Notes under the pieces: generated by a model
What the model was told of the DNA's origin: nothing
The model's database searches: none
What the model saw: the letters and a program-made list of their open reading frames with translations, nothing else
IMG/VR virus record: IMGVR_UViG_3300005807_000006
Location: 1-50,738 of that record
Length of the DNA: 50,738 nt
Strand: one strand, 5' to 3'
Source: a virus
Taxonomy: Duplodnaviria > Caudoviricetes
Made by a program: the position numbers and the translations under genes
Shown here: positions 39,002-48,631 of the stretch, one piece after another
How the letters are laid out: each line of letters begins with the position of its first letter
How positions within the stretch are numbered: the first letter of the stretch is position 1

Positions 39002-39434
39002 TAAATCACACTAACACCAAGTTAGAAAGCACATTAGTTGATGCTATATGATACAAATGTTACAATACTCATATAAATCAAACAGGTTAAAAGTAATGAT
39101 AACGACATGCTTAAAATCACTGAAAAAAATAATCAGTGGATTATCTCAGAAAACGGAATTATTTTGTTTAGCGAGATTAAAACACTCCCCGAGGCTCTAG
39201 CAATTGCTAAGAGTCGCGGATTTGTATTATCAGAAATCAACAAAAAGGCAGCGTGATGAAAGAGAAAGGATATATTAAAAATTGTTATTTTGAAATTAAA
39301 TCTAATGATAAAAAAATATTTGATCCGGATGGCACACCATATTTAGATGGCTATGCAATAATTCCATTGGAAAAGTTTAAAAAATTAGAAACACAACTTG
39401 GAACTGGGCAAGACGGTGATAGACCAGACCAGCC

Positions 39435-39935
39435 ATGATTGATTTACTCTCAGTATTTATCGCTTTTTTATTATGCATGACATGCAAAGATAAATTTGTT
39501 GATGTGTCACAAGTTATACTGATCGCACTTGCAGCGCAGTTAGCTTTCGACAACTTAGCATTTTTAGACTATCGACAAGCAAACCCAGACTTTATCTACA
39601 AATTCAAGGGTTTAATAAGTTGCGCGTTAATAGCCTATTTTATCGTCAATAAATCTCACTTTGCTATACTCGCTATCGTATCACTCGATTTGCTGTATAA
39701 TGTTGTTATGATCGTGTATTTTGACTGGTATTTCATCCCCCAAATAGCTTTTAAAATATATCCAATTGTAACAGGAGTCTTGCTGGCACTATGTTTGTTG
39801 TATATGTGGACATTAACAAAAATTGGAAATAATCTATTGTATAGTCGAGGCAAACTCAATTTGGGCGGTGTTATATTTCGCTGTAGCTATGCTCGGATTG
39901 AGCGTAGGAAGCTTTCTTTTCGGGAGTCGATATGA
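39435..39935 (+). CDS. Multi-pass membrane protein
   Basis: Several hydrophobic segments. Confidence 0.65.
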   Translation: MIDLLSVFIAFLLCMTCKDKFVDVSQVILIALAAQLAFDNLAFLDYRQANPDFIYKFKGLISCALIAYFIVNKSHFAILAIVSLDLLYNVVMIVYFDWYFIPQIAFKIYPIVTGVLLALCLLYMWTLTKIGNNLLYSRGKLNLGGVIFRCSYARIERRKLSFRESI

Positions 39936-40306
39936 GCGAAAGCAAAGAAAAAAAAGAGAGCATCGGCGAAATATTCAGAGGCTTCGCAACCGCAATGGTG
40001 GCGAGCGGAGAGAAGACAGACAGAGCAATTGAAAAGCTAACTGATACAGTCGATGAAATGACCAAAGCATTTATATCTTTAAGCGTAGATAGAAAACACG
40101 AAGCAATAAGATTTGATCGATTAGAAGAAACTCAAATAGAACAGGGAGATAAGATACAAACACTATCTGATATTGTATTAATTCACGATGAACGCTCTGA
40201 CAATCGAAAAGACTCAAAACAAACAAATGATAAAATTAAGGTTGGAGTAATCACTGCAGTGATAGCGTTTTTGTTATTAGCTGTTTTAAAATTAGTATTT
40301 GCATGA
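39932..40306 (+). CDS. Coiled-coil protein with C-terminal TM (lysis module)
   Basis: Composition and position before endolysin candidate. Confidence 0.55.
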   Translation: MSESKEKKESIGEIFRGFATAMVASGEKTDRAIEKLTDTVDEMTKAFISLSVDRKHEAIRFDRLEETQIEQGDKIQTLSDIVLIHDERSDNRKDSKQTNDKIKVGVITAVIAFLLLAVLKLVFA

Positions 40307-40686
40307 TGATAAAAATTAAACGATGGTATCACGATGATTGTACGATCGGCAGGTTGAGACTATATGATTTTCAATGCTTTACTCTAGAATTAGCAAATTT
40401 AAACAATCAAAAAAATATTTCTTGCATTCCCGAAGGAGTTTATAATTATTTATTCAAAATGAGCAAGAAAAATGGTGCTGTTTTAGAACTGTCCGATGTT
40501 AAAGACAGAACAAATATACAGATGCACGCCGGAAACTACACAAGGCAAACCTTGGGATGTATTTTGGTCGGTGACGGCATTAAATGGCTAGATAAAGATG
40601 GAATTCCAGACGTTACAAACTCAGTAAAAACGCTCAACAAATTGCTGGAATTATCCGGCGCAACAGGAGAAATTGAAATAACATGA
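40303..40686 (+). CDS. DUF5675-like putative endolysin
   Basis: TIGRL...CFTLE...SCIPEGVY...RTNIQMHAGN...T.GCILVG. Confidence 0.75.
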   Translation: MMIKIKRWYHDDCTIGRLRLYDFQCFTLELANLNNQKNISCIPEGVYNYLFKMSKKNGAVLELSDVKDRTNIQMHAGNYTRQTLGCILVGDGIKWLDKDGIPDVTNSVKTLNKLLELSGATGEIEIT

Positions 40687-41096
40687 AAGTATTTTTGGGC
40701 GGAACTTGTAACGAAAGCACTTGGCGAGAGCATTTAATCAGCAAGTTGAAAATTGATTATTTTGATCCAGTCGTAGACGATTGGACAGAAGAATGCACGG
40801 ATGAAGAAATTAGACAAAGAGAGTCTTGCGACATTTGTTTGTATGCAATAACGCCAAAAATGACTGGCGTTTATTCTATTGCAGAAGTTATAGACGACTC
40901 AAACAAAAGACCGGAAAAGACGGTTTTTTGTGTATTTGAATCGGAAAATAACCACGATAAATTTACCGAAAGTCAACTAAAAAGCTTAAACCAAGTTTGT
41001 AAAATGGTAGAAGCTAATGGAGGAGTTGCATTTGCTGTAAAAGATTACAACGATATTGTCGAACTTGCAAATTACTTAAACGAGGTTAAAAAATGA
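40683..41096 (+). CDS. Nucleoside 2-deoxyribosyltransferase-like protein
   Basis: VFLGGTCNESTWR...YFDPVVDDW...ITPKMTGVYSIAE. Confidence 0.8.
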   Translation: MKVFLGGTCNESTWREHLISKLKIDYFDPVVDDWTEECTDEEIRQRESCDICLYAITPKMTGVYSIAEVIDDSNKRPEKTVFCVFESENNHDKFTESQLKSLNQVCKMVEANGGVAFAVKDYNDIVELANYLNEVKK

Positions 41097-41188
41097 ACAA
41101 TTCAACAGAAGAAGGTATTGAGGGCGGCGGCGAATGCATTAACGGTGACGGTCATGATCCTGTAATTGAAGGTGGTTATTTACGATGA
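41093..41188 (+). CDS. 31-aa micropeptide MNNSTEEGIEGGGECINGDGHDPVIEGGYLR
   Basis: GAGG RBS; ATGA overlaps at both ends. Confidence 0.55.
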   Translation: MNNSTEEGIEGGGECINGDGHDPVIEGGYLR

Positions 41189-41385
41189 ACTGGTTAAAAA
41201 AGCGATTAAAAAGCAAAACGATATGGCTAACATCAATAGCCCCAAGTGTTTTAGCGTTTATGGCAATGTACTCAGATCAGTTAAAAGAGCTATTAAATGG
41301 GAATTATCAGTATATTTTTATAGCATTTGCAGCTATAGCGTGGAAAACAAGGGAAGTCACTACTAAACCTCTGGATGATAAATAA
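41185..41385 (+). CDS. Putative holin
   Basis: 66 aa, two hydrophobic segments, KSKTIW and R.VTTKPL motifs. Confidence 0.6.
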   Translation: MNWLKKRLKSKTIWLTSIAPSVLAFMAMYSDQLKELLNGNYQYIFIAFAAIAWKTREVTTKPLDDK

Positions 41386-41717
41386 TGTTTGATGGAATTA
41401 AATGGAGAGCAATAGGCGCGGCAATCATAGCGTTCCTATTCTTTTTTTCAAAATATAACATTGCAAAGCGAAAACAAGCAGAGCAGGACGCAATGATAGC
41501 AAAGTCAAATGAGAATTATTTAGAAAAAACTATTGAAGCTGAAAAAGTTATCGATAAAACCCGTAAAATTTGGGATAAAGAGCAAGAGAAAGAATTTCAA
41601 GACAAAAAAGACAGACTAAAGGTAATAGAAGCCAATGAAAAACTTACTGACCGTGATTTTATTGACAATCTTGAGCGGGTGCGGAACAAAAACAATCGTA
41701 AGAAAAGAGCCGATTGA
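41385..41717 (+). CDS. i-spanin (Rz-like)
   Basis: N-terminal TM plus coiled coil. Confidence 0.65.
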   Translation: MFDGIKWRAIGAAIIAFLFFFSKYNIAKRKQAEQDAMIAKSNENYLEKTIEAEKVIDKTRKIWDKEQEKEFQDKKDRLKVIEANEKLTDRDFIDNLERVRNKNNRKKRAD

Positions 41718-41910
41718 AATACCTGAAAAATACTTAGTAATTTACGATTATATTAATATTGAAGCAAGCGAGAGCGATAAGTCAGACTTAAGAAAGTATT
41801 CAGCATTTCTTTTTGTTGAAAATTTAGAACTTGAGGATAAGCTTAATAGATGCAATCAGTCGACTTTAGACTTAATAAAATACCAAAAATTAGTTAAATC
41901 TAACGAATAA
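41635..41910 (+). CDS. o-spanin lipoprotein (Rz1-like)
   Basis: Signal peptide with LSGC lipobox, overlaps i-spanin 3' end. Confidence 0.7.
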   Translation: MKNLLTVILLTILSGCGTKTIVRKEPIEIPEKYLVIYDYINIEASESDKSDLRKYSAFLFVENLELEDKLNRCNQSTLDLIKYQKLVKSNE

Positions 41911-42040
41911 TTGATATGCTTTAGAATATCAAAATTACATTGAGAACTTTATCAAAAAACAGCACAGACTACTTGCGGACGCGGATAAAATATTAAACGA
42001 CAATATAGATCATCTTTACATAAAATCATGAGGATAAATT

Positions 42041-42115
42041 ATGAATAATTCAACAGAAAAAACCGATGGGAATGATCCAGCAATTAATGGTCACGGCGAA
42101 GGTGTGCGAGAATAA
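42041..42115 (+). CDS. 24-aa micropeptide MNNSTEKTDGNDPAINGHGEGVRE
   Basis: GAGGA RBS; similar to 41093-41188. Confidence 0.45.
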   Translation: MNNSTEKTDGNDPAINGHGEGVRE

Positions 42116-42288
42116 TTGTTTCACATGAAACATACAACTAAACAAAAATCATTTGACCGATTGGCTTACGCTCTAGTAGCAAAGCGTGTAAAAGAGCAGC
42201 GCGATCGGCAAAGCCTAAAAACAAGATTAATAATTACGGGTAGAGCAATCTGTATTTAAAAGCAATATCAACTAAAAAGGTAAATTAA

Positions 42289-42615
42289 ATGGACAGAATA
42301 ATGACAGAAATGACAGAAGCAAGACTTAGAGCAGCAAGTCCGAAAGACACATCGAGAGATGAAAAACATCTCTTGATAAATAATGCTATAAAAGATATTG
42401 AAAGTGTTATTCAGCGTGCAGATCAATTGCTTAATAAAATAACAAATCAAGCATTTATCGAAAATACAAATCAAGCATCTATCGAAAATAAAAGTGTTAC
42501 AAATATCAATGATCTATCTTTAGTAAGCTTTCTCGACAATGCGCAGCAAGAAATAACTGAAAAAAGTGAAAGGATAGATGAAATATTAAGAGATATTCAC
42601 AGAGCACTATTCTGA
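42289..42615 (+). CDS. Hypothetical helical protein
   Basis: ORF with AAGG RBS. Confidence 0.6.
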   Translation: MDRIMTEMTEARLRAASPKDTSRDEKHLLINNAIKDIESVIQRADQLLNKITNQAFIENTNQASIENKSVTNINDLSLVSFLDNAQQEITEKSERIDEILRDIHRALF

Positions 42616-42711
42616 ATAAAATTAGTAGAAGAAAATATCTAGTTAATGTATAATAAAGATGTGGATATTTAACTTGTCAGAATGGTTTGATATTTCAGTT
42701 AGAGTAGTACG

Positions 42712-42747
42712 CCCATGGGGTTAATCCCTTTCCCCGTGGGTTTTTTA
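42712..42747 (+). terminator. Intrinsic terminator at convergence of + and - gene blocks
   Basis: CCCATGGGG...CCCCGTGGG then TTTTTT. Confidence 0.75.
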
Positions 42748-42751
42748 TTGC

Positions 42752-45376
42752 TTAAGATAAAGTGACGATTGCATTTGTATCAAGATCGACATCAAACCGT
42801 TTTAATGAATCATGATTTGGCATGATTATCACGTCAGACACTTTCGGCAAAGGATTATGCAAAATGTCTACTCTCTGCCCGATTTGCGGAATAAATGGCA
42901 ATTTAGTTTCAAGCTTGTAGCCGTATTTATCAATAAATGCTATTTTTAATAAGTTCATGATTTTCCTCTATTTAAGTTGAGTGTACTATTAAAAGCTATT
43001 TTCCTGACTTGACGTTGGATTTTTTCCGGTAATTGCCAGTATTTTCTACCCGCATGTATTCCATAGCCCGATACAAACATATGATTATCGATAACATAAA
43101 CTTTAGCCAAAGCCGTAGCTTCTTCTTTTGTGTTAGCCCAATTAATTTCAATTCCATCCACACAAATATGAAAACCCCCGTCTTTATACGCTTTAATTTC
43201 AACCTCACTACCCAGATTTACATTACGCAGCTCAGTAGATGTAGCCATTTCTACTCCATTTACTTGTTTCATTACCTTACCCTCTTTGTTTAAGTGTATT
43301 TTCGTTAACAAATACTTTAGTTGCAGATATAATAGATAATAACCTAGCCGCCGCCAGATGCTTGTTTGTATGTAGTAATTTAACAACAGACTCTAACTGC
43401 TCGGTTAAATATTTTATGTCATCATTATCCATTTGCTTAACTATTAAAAATTAAATGAGTAGCTTCGCTAATATTTATAAGACCAGCCTCTAATTTTTTA
43501 GCCGCATCTTCAATTTTTTCATCATAGCTATTTAGTTGAGACAGTGTTTTAAGGCTTATTGAAAATATTGATATTGATGTTTTGGTTATTAGTTGATGTC
43601 TAATTGAGTTGTTCATTTTCTTGCTCCTCTTTGTTGTGAATTAATTTAATCATGCTCTGGCTCGCAGAGCATTGTTAAGTTAACTGTTAAGATGATTGTT
43701 GCCTTTTTAACTCTACAATCCCCAAATGACAGTTTTTGTTGCTTTTTTTGTAAGCCGCATCATAAGTATGATGCCTACTTACTGATTTTTTGTCGTTATA
43801 CCATTCGACTACAGCATATTTAAACATTTTAAAGTCCTCTTTTGTTTGTGTATTAATTTGTTATTTTACCCGCACTAAGCTCTTTAAAATCAAATCTTTA
43901 ATTGTTATAATAAGGGTTATAATTATCAGTACAACCCTCGTTATTAATGTTGTTAAAAGCCCTAGCTTTTTTGTTATTATCTAAGACGCTTTGCGATATC
44001 TGATGGGTCTCTTTTACATTTTTATAACCCGTTATGCAGCCTTTTCCTGCGTTTTTTGTGGCTACAACCATTTGGTCAAACATAGGGTCACTAATTATCT
44101 TAAAAGATGGATGTATAACTATTTCTTTATCCCCATTTGGTCTAGTGATATACAGCTCGACATGTTTATTAGTTTCGTAAGTTGTTTTCATCATTTTGCC
44201 CTTTTGTTTGTGTGTTTGCTTAATCTGCAATCAGTATAACAGATTGTTAATGTTAGTCAAGCGTTAGTTTAAACCTTTTTAACTTATTTTGTACTAAAAT
44301 CCAACAACCATCTTTTAATTGCTCAATCTCACGACCATTTGATATTTTAACGTTAAGATTGCTAACTGTCATATTCATCTCACTAGCAAGCAATACCCTC
44401 ATTTTAGCTTTAAACGCTCGCTTTTCAGCACCAACAAGCTTAATGTCGCTGTCTGTGTATTTTTCTAACATCTCTTTAATTTTCATTTTAATCTATCCTC
44501 GTTAAATTGATTGCAGCTGCGCTGTATGCTGTATTTCTTTGATCGCCCTTGCATTCCTTTTGTCCATTCGTTGCCACATTGCGAACATCGGTAAGCCCTG
44601 CGTCCATCAAAGGCTCTACCTTTTTCAGGATTTTTTTGCCCGCATATGCTACATGTATTCATTTTAACCTACCTTTCATATCGTTTAAAATTTCGTGAAA
44701 CAGTTTCGTAGCTTTCGGATCACTTGACTCAAGAGCTACTTGTACAAGTTCCGGCAAACTGCGAAGTCGTTTAGCAACTATCTCAATTGCTAGTGTTTCT
44801 CTATCGTGAGTGCTCATTGTTTTTTTACCTTTTCAGTTAATTTATCAATCAAAGAATTTAATTCTCGCAAATCATCATTTTTTATATCAAGCCAAATTAC
44901 TTTCGTATATTTATTTCTATGACTGTGTTTTTTGATAAGTGTTTTTATTTTTTCTAATTCGTAAGTGCTCATCATTTAGGTACTCTTTTAAAAATTCTGT
45001 ATGAAGTATTTATATAACCTAAATTATTAGCAAGATGAATTTCGAGCCGAAAGCTGAAAGAATACTTTGGCTTATAGTTTTTTGAGTTTTCAATCATTTG
45101 TTGTGTGTTCATTTCCCCGTTCCTCGTTTTGTGAATTAATTTAATCATGCCCCAACCCGTGGAGCACTTGTAAGAATGCTAAGTTAGTAGTCAATAATCA
45201 TCTTCATCTAAACCAATCGAACACTCAGTCCATTCAAAATCGACCGGCAAACAATCTGCATCTTCAATATCTCTAATTGCAATAGAAATTGCACAAGACT
45301 CAATCGATATTGATGTCTTCACATATTTAGTACCAGATTCTAAAATCTCGTTAATAACTTCTTGTTTAGTTTTCAT
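42752..45376 (-). CDS. Minus-strand block of small ORFs, probable early region (42752-42958, 42955-~43272, 43898-~44193, 44253-44486, 45191-45376 and shorter)
   Basis: Only minus-strand coding block; GAGG RBS complements (CCTC) upstream of several CAT. Confidence 0.6.
44233..44260 (-). promoter_or_regulatory. Sigma70 promoter with extended -10
   Basis: Minus strand TTGACT-16 nt-TATACT with TGn. Confidence 0.7.
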
Positions 45377-45416
45377 TTTCCCGTTCCTCTTTTGTGTATT
45401 TGCTTAAGTTGTAACT

Positions 45417-45444
45417 AGCATAACATATCTATAATGTTAGTCAA
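45417..45444 (-). promoter_or_regulatory. Sigma70 promoter with extended -10
   Basis: Minus strand TTGACT-16 nt-TATGCT with TGn; shares TAATGTTAGTCAAGCGTTA with the 44.25 kb promoter. Confidence 0.7.
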
Positions 45445-45763
45445 GCGTTATTTTAAAGATAATGAAATTAAATTTGGGATGTAGTATAATAAGAATATAG
45501 ACAACTATAATAAACAATTAAATTTAAGAGTTTCTAAAATGAATTACGAGCCAGATTTGTCAAAATATACATTAGTTAACAACAAAGTATTTTCACAAGC
45601 TACTGATTTTATTAGATATTTCGATAAATTGCAGATGAGTGATTACACTGTTTACAGCTCAAGAGATCACAAAGGTTTTGCACTAACATCAGCAAAAGCA
45701 GATAAAAAATACATCAAATATGGTTTAGCTAGCGAGCTTTAAAAATTAACGATATTATAAATC

Positions 45764-46513
45764 ATGACTAACAAAAAGCACAACAAAGCACAACAAAAAG
45801 CAATCGATGCATATAAAGCCGGCGATAGTCTAATCGACGCTTATCAATCAGCATTCCCATTATCAAAAAATTGGAAAATAAAGACTGTAGAGAGCAAAGC
45901 ACAGCGTTTATTTGATTTAGTTGATGCCAAGCAAGGTAAGAAGAAAAAAAAGCCAGCACACGTTAAATCTAACGTATCTACAGACGCTAAAAAACAAACT
46001 AAAGACACAGCAACGCAAAAATCAATCAAATACGAGCTATCTGAAGAGCAAAAGTACTTATTTAGCAAATGCACTAAATTACAGCAAAGAGTTTTTATAA
46101 ATGTAACGCAAGGAAACATGAGTAATCGACAAGCTTATTTGGATGCTGGTGGTAAAGCTACTAGTGATGAGAGCGTAGACGCTGCTGTGTCAGTCATGTT
46201 AAGAAATGACAAGGTGAGGGCTTTGTACGACTCTTTGACTCACGAAAAACTTAACGATGCAATAATGATGAGAGATGAAGCTTTAGAAATATTAACGAGC
46301 GTTAGTCGCTCAAGCGTTGACGATGAGGAGGACTTTAAGTTTAAAGTGCAGCCAAAACTTGCTGCAATCAAACAAATGTCGACGATGCAGGGTTGGGAAT
46401 CGGCACAAAAATACGAACATACGGGCAAAGATGGTAAAGATTTAGTTGTTTCAGATGCAGACTTGGCGAGAAAATTAGCATTTTTACTCACAAAGGGCGA
46501 CGAAAAACCTTAA
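45764..46513 (+). CDS. terS: Terminase small subunit
   Basis: RQAYLDAGG...LRNDKV, KLAAIKQM..MQGW, KYEHTGKDGK; upstream of TerL. Confidence 0.75.
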   Translation: MTNKKHNKAQQKAIDAYKAGDSLIDAYQSAFPLSKNWKIKTVESKAQRLFDLVDAKQGKKKKKPAHVKSNVSTDAKKQTKDTATQKSIKYELSEEQKYLFSKCTKLQQRVFINVTQGNMSNRQAYLDAGGKATSDESVDAAVSVMLRNDKVRALYDSLTHEKLNDAIMMRDEALEILTSVSRSSVDDEEDFKFKVQPKLAAIKQMSTMQGWESAQKYEHTGKDGKDLVVSDADLARKLAFLLTKGDEKP

Positions 46514-46574
46514 ACATCTTTCAGATAAACGTACATTATGATAGATTTCTCCGATACTTTTTTTAGGTAAAATC

Positions 46575-46754
46575 ATGAGTTTAGGTCAAATAAACAAGTT
46601 TACGGGTCAAATACGGGCGAAAGGCTGGCTAGTTAAAGACTTTATTGCGCATATTGGACGTTCTCAAGATTGGTATTTTAGACAAGTTAGAGCCGATGAA
46701 AAAACAAAAATGCGACTAAAGCTAATGATAAAGGGGCTAGATGAAAAATGCTAG
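46575..46754 (+). CDS. Small basic HTH-like protein (59 aa)
   Basis: Hand-translated MSLGQINKFTGQIRAKGWLVKDFIAHIGRSQDWYFRQ... Confidence 0.5.
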   Translation: MSLGQINKFTGQIRAKGWLVKDFIAHIGRSQDWYFRQVRADEKTKMRLKLMIKGLDEKC

Positions 46755-48392
46755 ATGAGCTTTTGGAAAGATTGTCATCAATGTCTGACAATGACAAGTC
46801 CGCACTTTCTGAGCAAATCGAAGAAGCAATCGGCGATAAAAAATGGATACCAAATCCCGGGCCTCAAACCGAAGCTTATTTATCTAAAGCTGATCTATTG
46901 TACGTAGGCGGAGCGGGGGGGGGGCGGCAAGTCAGATCTAGGCTTAGGCTTAGCATTCAATGAGCACAAAAAATCACTGATCATGCGAAGACAATACACT
47001 GATCTTGCTGGCTTGACTGATAGAGCAATCGAGATAAATGGCACAAAAGACGGATTTAACGGCTCACCCCCCCCCAAGTTAACAACTACAGACGGTAGAC
47101 TTATCGAGTTTGGCGCAGCTTTAAGAACTGGTGACGAGCAAACATGGCAGGGTAGACCCCACGATTTTATTTATATCGATGAGGCGGTTCATTTTGCTGA
47201 GTCACAAATAAGATTTTTAATGGGCTGGCTTCGCTCTACTGATAAAAATCAGAGATGCAGAGTGGTGCTAGGCTCTAACCCTCCTCTTTCCGATGAGGGC
47301 GCTTGGATAATCAAGATGTTTTCTGCGTGGCTAGATCCGTCTCATCCTAACTTAGCGAAAAGCGGAGAACTTAGGTGGTATGTCACAGATAATGAGATAG
47401 ATTACGAAGTTCAAAGTGACGGTGATTATATGATAGAAAATGGGCTTGTAAGAAATGCTTTGCTATCCGAAATCGAAGACGATAACATCAATACCTTAAC
47501 CTCATTATCAAGAACATTCATACCGTCTAAACTCAAGCACAATCCATATTTGATGAAAGATAAGCAATACAAAGCTCAGCAAGATGCGCTACCTACTCAC
47601 TTAAGAGATGCAATTCGAGATGGGAATTTCAACGCGGCAAGAGAAGATCACCAATTACAGCTAATCCCAAGCGAATGGATACAAGCCGCAGTTGACAGAT
47701 GGCGACCACAGCCCTACAACAAAGCACCTCAGTGCGCTATTGGTGTCGATATCGCACAAGGCGGAAAAGACAAAACAATTCTAGCTACGAGGTACGATGG
47801 CTGGTACGACAAACTAATTAAATATCCCGGAAAGTCCACTCCTGATGGTTTTACAGTTGCCGGAATTGTTATCAAGCACCGGACAGACAACAGCAAAGTC
47901 ATTATTGATATGGGCGGCGGTTACGGTGGTGCGACTTACGAAAAGTTAATCGAAAACATAAATCATGATCTTGTTGTCAAATACAAAGGTTCAGAGGGTT
48001 CAAAAAAGAAAACAATTGCAGGAGGCTTGAAGTTTTACAACAAAAGAGCTGAAACATATTACAGATTCTACGAGGCTTTAAATCCAGAGCAACCCGGCGG
48101 GTCAAGCATTGCTCTACCACCAGACCCCAATTTATTCGTGCAACTTTGCTCAATCAGGCTCAAAAAAGATGATTTAGATATCATTCAATTAGAGCCTAAA
48201 GAGAGGTTGGTTGAAAGAACTGGCGCATCTCCTGACGAGGCGGACGCGGTTGTTATGGGGTGGAGCGATGGAGCAAAGCAAGATAATTTTAGGGGTGGGT
48301 GGAAAGATCATTCATCTTCACAAGTACAACGAAAAGTAATAAAAGCACCGAGATCAGCAAGCCGCTTTGATAACGCAAAGAAAAAGTGGTAA
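46748..48392 (+). CDS. terL: Terminase large subunit, split by frameshift in G10 (46915-46924)
   Basis: WIPNPGPQ; removing one G gives YVGGAGGGGKSD Walker A in frame with Walker B IYIDEA, SNPP, GVDIAQGGKD and SPDEADA. Confidence 0.9.
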
Positions 48393-48421
48393 AATCTATA
48401 AAACTAAACGAGGATATAACC

Positions 48422-48631
48422 ATGGCAACCGCACTACCCTATATTACTACAGCAATTTCGGCTTATGGCGCGGTTCAAGCGAGTAAAAAACCAAAACTTC
48501 CAAAAGTCATTGATCAGGGAGATCCTGACTCACTTGTCAAAAAACGAAGCTCACAAAGGGAAATTCAAAAAAGATATGGGGCGTCAGGAAGGGCTGGCAC
48601 ACTATTAAGCGGCGGCAGTACTCTTGGCTAA
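48422..48631 (+). CDS. Small pre-portal protein
   Basis: GAGGA RBS; GR.GTLLS...LG C-terminus typical before podoviral portals. Confidence 0.65.
   Translation: MATALPYITTAISAYGAVQASKKPKLPKVIDQGDPDSLVKKRSSQREIQKRYGASGRAGTLLSGGSTLG

Larger units (their letters stand above)
34286..39031. mobile_element. Cassette array 2: 16 attC-like sites plus a half-site alternating with single ORFs
   Basis: Sites at 34286-34358, 34620-34677, 34902-35001, 35193-35253, 35550-35611, 35815-35875, 36052-36118, 36340-36396, 36706-36792, 37040-37117 (degenerate), 37335-37394, 37631-37687, 37947-38009 (degenerate), 38215-38298, 38496-38562, 38760-38816; half-site 39009-39031. Confidence 0.8.

Noticed and set aside
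47067-47075. C9 tract in terL as a second frameshift
   Set aside because: Frame is intact (SPPPK)
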